Of a stretch of 20,000 nucleotides of DNA, positions 16,450-20,000 are shown one piece after another. A model generated the notes under the pieces. The model saw only the letters and a list, made by a program, of their open reading frames with translations. It searched no databases and was not told where the DNA came from. Position numbers and translations under genes: made by a program. Every line of letters begins with the position of its first letter. The stretch's first letter is position 1. The stretch lies in sequence record DRR723986_1863; one strand, written 5' to 3'.

Positions 16450-17589
16450 ATGCAATCGAATGATTATCACCAAGACACGAAAGCGCTGCGCGGCGGTTTG
16501 CAATTTCAACACCTTGCAGCACGCATCAAACAAACTGTGACTGTGGAAAGACGTTTTGCGCGTCTTTCGTCGCTGAAGACCGGAATTCTAACAAGCTTGT
16601 TTGCCCTGTCGGTCTTTTCAGCACCGACCGCCGCAACGGCCGCCGACTACAACTGGACCTTCCAGACCTCGGAAACGGCCGGTGAGCCCGGATTCATCAA
16701 CAAGCAAAAGTGGGCTGAAAACGTCGAGAAAATGTCCGGCGGGCGGATCGAGATCGAGATTTTGCCGATTGGTGCCGTTGTTCCGCATACCGATACGCTT
16801 GACGCCGTTGGCTCCGGTATTCTTCAGGGGCATCTGACCGATCCGAGCTATTTCGCCGGCAAGGATCCCGCTTTCGCGATGATGGGCAACCTGGTCGGTG
16901 CCTGGAGCGACCCGTTCGAATTGATCGGGTTCATGCAATCCGGTGGCGGTCACGAGCTTTACGCCGAATTGGTCGAGCCCTATGGCGTCCATTTCATCGG
17001 AGCGGCAGCAACTGAGCCGGAAGCTTTCGTCTCCAGTGTTCCGATCCGCTCTGTGGAAGACCTGAAGGGCGTCAAGATGCGCGCGCCGGAAGGCATGGTC
17101 TACGAAATCTTCTCCAAGGCAGGTGCCTCTCCGGTTGCGCTTCCCGGTTCAGAGGTCTTCACGGCTCTCGACAAGGGCGTTGTCCAGGCGGCCGATTACA
17201 CGGTTTTTGCAACCAACCAGTCGCAGGGCATGAACGACGTTGCCCACTATCCGCTGTATCCGGGCTTTCATTCCCTGCCGCTGATCGACATTTCGATGAC
17301 CAAATCGATCTGGGATGAACTTCCGGACGACCTGAAGGCCGTCCTGAACGCCTCCGTTGACCAGTTCATTTTCGATCACGTTTATTCCGTACGCAAACTC
17401 GATGCGGCCGCAGTCGAGGAAGCCAAGGCAAACCCGGAGATCGAAATTGTCAACTGGTCCGGCGACGAGCGAGCGAAGTTCCGCAGGATCGCGCAGCAGG
17501 AATGGGAAAACTGGGCCGGCAAGAACGACCTCACCCAACGCTACTACGATGCGGTGGTCGCTTATCTGAAGGGCCGGAACCAGCTCTGA
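16450..17589 (+). CDS. dctP: TRAP transporter substrate-binding protein
   Basis: GGGAGG RBS before ATG 16450; VEKMSGGRIEIEILPIGAVVP, LDAVGSG, DLKGVKMRAP (conserved carboxylate-binding Arg) and EVFTALDKGVVQA motifs; hydrophobic signal ending ATA-A. Confidence 0.9.
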   Translation: MQSNDYHQDTKALRGGLQFQHLAARIKQTVTVERRFARLSSLKTGILTSLFALSVFSAPTAATAADYNWTFQTSETAGEPGFINKQKWAENVEKMSGGRIEIEILPIGAVVPHTDTLDAVGSGILQGHLTDPSYFAGKDPAFAMMGNLVGAWSDPFELIGFMQSGGGHELYAELVEPYGVHFIGAAATEPEAFVSSVPIRSVEDLKGVKMRAPEGMVYEIFSKAGASPVALPGSEVFTALDKGVVQAADYTVFATNQSQGMNDVAHYPLYPGFHSLPLIDISMTKSIWDELPDDLKAVLNASVDQFIFDHVYSVRKLDAAAVEEAKANPEIEIVNWSGDERAKFRRIAQQEWENWAGKNDLTQRYYDAVVAYLKGRNQL

Positions 17590-17613
17590 TCTGACCAACG
17601 TTCCGTTGACGCA

Positions 17614-17645
17614 GCCGCACCCGGACCGAAAGGTTCGGGTGCGGC
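17614..17645 (+). other. Intercistronic GNRA-tetraloop hairpin after dctP
   Basis: GCCGCACCCGGACC-GAAA-GGTTCGGGTGCGGC, a 14-bp stem with one G-U pair. Confidence 0.75.
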
Positions 17646-17771
17646 CTGACCTTGTTTCTATCTGTCCATAACGGGTGAAACGAGATGCCGGTGCGTGGCC
17701 GTCAGCCAAGACTGATTGGCCATCCCCTATTTCCACAACAGCTTGCCAACTGCGCGACGGGAGAAGAATCC

Positions 17772-18347
17772 ATGCCGGACAATCCGGATGTGAGTGACCT
17801 GGAGGACAATGGCCAGGCGAATCTGCGAACCGGCCTCGACCGGCTCATTGCCGGGTCCGCGAAGCTCTTTGCCTGGGCTATCTTTCTGGCGTTTGCCATC
17901 AGCGTATATGAGGTTATCGCCCGCTACGTTTTTGATAGCCCGACGTATTGGGCTCACGAGAGCACGACCTTCCTCATAGCAGCCATCTTCCTGATCGGCG
18001 GCCCCGTAGCGCTCGCTCGCGACAAGCATATTCGCGTGCGCATGATTTATGACTCGGTTTCGCCTCGTGTGCGTCGATGGCTGGATATAGTCAATTCATT
18101 GATCGCGATGATCTTCTTTGCAGGACTGGGATACGCGGGCGCGACAATGGCCTGGAAGGCTACCCACAGACCCAATGGCGATATCCATCTGGAGGGCACG
18201 GGTACTGCGTGGAACCCACCGACACCAGCACTGCTGAAAATCATTATCCTGATCTGCGTTTGCCTGATGTTCGTTCAGACCCTGATGCACCTGATCAAGG
18301 CGATCCGCGGCGGTGACGCTGCCTACGGCGAACGCGGAGGCAAATGA
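17772..18347 (+). CDS. dctQ: TRAP transporter small permease
   Basis: YEVIARYVFDSPTYWAHE and DKHIRV motifs, four hydrophobic segments; start moved to ATG 17772 (GGGAGA RBS). Confidence 0.9.
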   Translation: MPDNPDVSDLEDNGQANLRTGLDRLIAGSAKLFAWAIFLAFAISVYEVIARYVFDSPTYWAHESTTFLIAAIFLIGGPVALARDKHIRVRMIYDSVSPRVRRWLDIVNSLIAMIFFAGLGYAGATMAWKATHRPNGDIHLEGTGTAWNPPTPALLKIIILICVCLMFVQTLMHLIKAIRGGDAAYGERGGK

Positions 18348-18348
18348 C

Positions 18349-19659
18349 ATGGGCCTTAACGATCTGGGTATTGAATACGGTACAATTCTGCTCGTGGGCA
18401 GCATCTTCGTGTTGTTGCTTACCGGTCAGCCTCTCGCCTGGGTGACGGGGCTCGTAGCCCTGGTCTTCACGTTCGGCTGGTTCGGAGGAAATGCGCTGCC
18501 GCTGGTTACAGCCCGCATCTTCGGCTTCATTACGGAATATTCCCTCGTCGCCATCCCGATGTTCATCCTGATGGCGGCGCTCCTCGACAGATCAGGCATC
18601 GCAAAGGACCTCTTCAACGGAATGAGGGTGCTTGCCGGACGGTTGCCAGGTGGTGTCGCTGTCCAAACGCTGATCGTCGCCACCCTGATGGCCGCCATGT
18701 CCGGCGTCATCGGTGGTGAGATCGTTCTACTGGGAATTCTGGCATTGCCCCAGATGTTGCGACTTGGATATGACCGCGACTTGTCAATCGGGGTCGTTTG
18801 CGCAGGTGGTTCGCTTGGGACCATGATGCCGCCCTCGATCGTTCTGATCATTTATGGACTGGTGGCAAGTGTTTCCATTGCCGACCTTTTCGTTGCGGCA
18901 GTCACACCTGCCCTGATGCTGCTCGGATGCTATATCGCTTATGTTCTTGTACGCTGTTTCCGAAACCCGGACCTCGGGCCACCAATTTCCGCGGAAGAAC
19001 GCGCCGAAGAAACAATAGGAAGTGCGATCCGGTCCCTGATCGCCCCTGTGTTCATCGTGGTAGCGGTTCTGGGTTCCATATATGGTGGCATCGCCTCTAT
19101 CACCGAAGCAGCTGCACTCGGGGTTTCATCCGTTCTCATCATCGCATTGCTTCGCAGGGAACTTAATACCCGTATGCTTCAGGACAGTCTGGTCCACACG
19201 CTGGAAACCTGCGGCATGATCATCTGGATCGGGATCGCCGCAGCCGTGCTCGTCGGTGTCTACAACCTTATGGGGGGCAACCGCTTCGTCTCCGCGGTCA
19301 TGCTTGGTCTCGACGCGTCGCCCGTGGCCGTCATTCTTATCATGATGGCAATCCTGCTAGTGCTGGGCATGTTCCTGGACTGGATCGGAATCGCCCTTCT
19401 CACCTTGCCCATCTTCGTTCCGATCGTCGTTCAGCTGGGATATGATCCGATCTGGTTCGGCATCCTGTTTGCAGTCAACATGCAGGTCTCCTACCTGACC
19501 CCACCGTTTGGACCGGCGGCCTTCTATTTGAAAAGCGTGGCACCACCGAACATCTCGCTCGGCAACATTTACGGAGCTCTGCTTCCGTTTATCGTTCTGC
19601 AGCTCTTTGTTCTCGCAATCTTGCTGTTCTTCCCTGGCATCGCGACCTGGATGCTTTGA
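18349..19659 (+). CDS. dctM: TRAP transporter large permease
   Basis: LVAIPMFILMA, GGSLGTMMPPSIVLIIYG, GMFLDW, DPIWFGILF and YLTPPFG motifs; GGAGG RBS and ATG 1 nt after the dctQ stop. Confidence 0.93.
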   Translation: MGLNDLGIEYGTILLVGSIFVLLLTGQPLAWVTGLVALVFTFGWFGGNALPLVTARIFGFITEYSLVAIPMFILMAALLDRSGIAKDLFNGMRVLAGRLPGGVAVQTLIVATLMAAMSGVIGGEIVLLGILALPQMLRLGYDRDLSIGVVCAGGSLGTMMPPSIVLIIYGLVASVSIADLFVAAVTPALMLLGCYIAYVLVRCFRNPDLGPPISAEERAEETIGSAIRSLIAPVFIVVAVLGSIYGGIASITEAAALGVSSVLIIALLRRELNTRMLQDSLVHTLETCGMIIWIGIAAAVLVGVYNLMGGNRFVSAVMLGLDASPVAVILIMMAILLVLGMFLDWIGIALLTLPIFVPIVVQLGYDPIWFGILFAVNMQVSYLTPPFGPAAFYLKSVAPPNISLGNIYGALLPFIVLQLFVLAILLFFPGIATWML

Positions 19660-19974
19660 TGCAGATAGGTAAAGAATTCTGGTGTGCCGTATTCCTCCAC
19701 ATGGATACGGCACGTCATTCCACATGAAAGATCTTTTGCTTGGGCCGAGATTGGTTCTGGACGCAGAATAGCTAGCTTCTTCGCAATCTTGCGAACTCGA
19801 ACAAGGTGGAAAATTCCTGACGCCAATTTCTGTCATCCTCCTTGGGACGATAGAAATGCACGATCGTTCTTAGGCTCTTGTAGCTGCGACGATACTTTTG
19901 CTTGTGCGTTGTGGCGTACGCTTTCTTTTTAGTTGCCCGGTTGAAGTCAAGATCCCTGCCGCGCGTGATCCAAC

Positions 19975-19999
19975 AAAAAACCCGGCGCGAGGCCGGGTT
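19975..19999 (-). terminator. Rho-independent terminator for a convergent gene beyond the right edge
   Basis: Minus strand reads AACCCGGC-CTCGC-GCCGGGTT-TTTT. Confidence 0.7.
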
Positions 20000-20000
20000 A

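Noticed and set aside
16182..16522. Short minus-strand ORFs (89 and 76 aa) upstream of dctP
   Set aside because: No motifs or clear RBS, and they overlap the dctP regulatory region and start.
17772..19970. Possible horizontal acquisition of dctQM (more A/T-ending codons by eye)
   Set aside because: Not quantified; hydrophobic membrane proteins bias composition, and no integrase, IS, tRNA or flanking direct repeats were seen.
1..20000. CRISPR arrays, tRNA/rRNA genes, transposases, defence or toxin-antitoxin systems
   Set aside because: No regularly spaced repeats or matching motifs seen; nearly all sequence is explained by metabolic, transport and regulatory genes.

Overview
GC-rich, probably alphaproteobacterial (inferred) chromosomal window with three modules and no mobile element, CRISPR array or RNA gene. 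(1) 1-9585: a putative catabolic locus centred on a MocR/GabR-type PLP-dependent regulator. A divergent enolase-superfamily gene (minus strand, runs off the left edge, missed by the ORF track) lies on one side. A PotD/A/B/C-like ABC importer, a GMC oxidoreductase and a PuuB/DadA-like FAD oxidoreductase lie on the other. Both arms carry the same 48-bp AATTGG-N17-AAYGGA-N13-CCAATT element, and the binding protein looks tuned to a zwitterion rather than a polyamine. (2) 9647-16144: a LysR regulator divergent from an alpha/beta-hydrolase-fold gene whose catalytic Ser is replaced by Glu, followed by a MexE/MexF-like RND pump with no outer-membrane factor gene. (3) 16450-19659: a stand-alone TRAP transporter (dctPQM) preceded by a perfect 28-bp palindrome. 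All family calls come from motif recognition by eye; no database searches were run.
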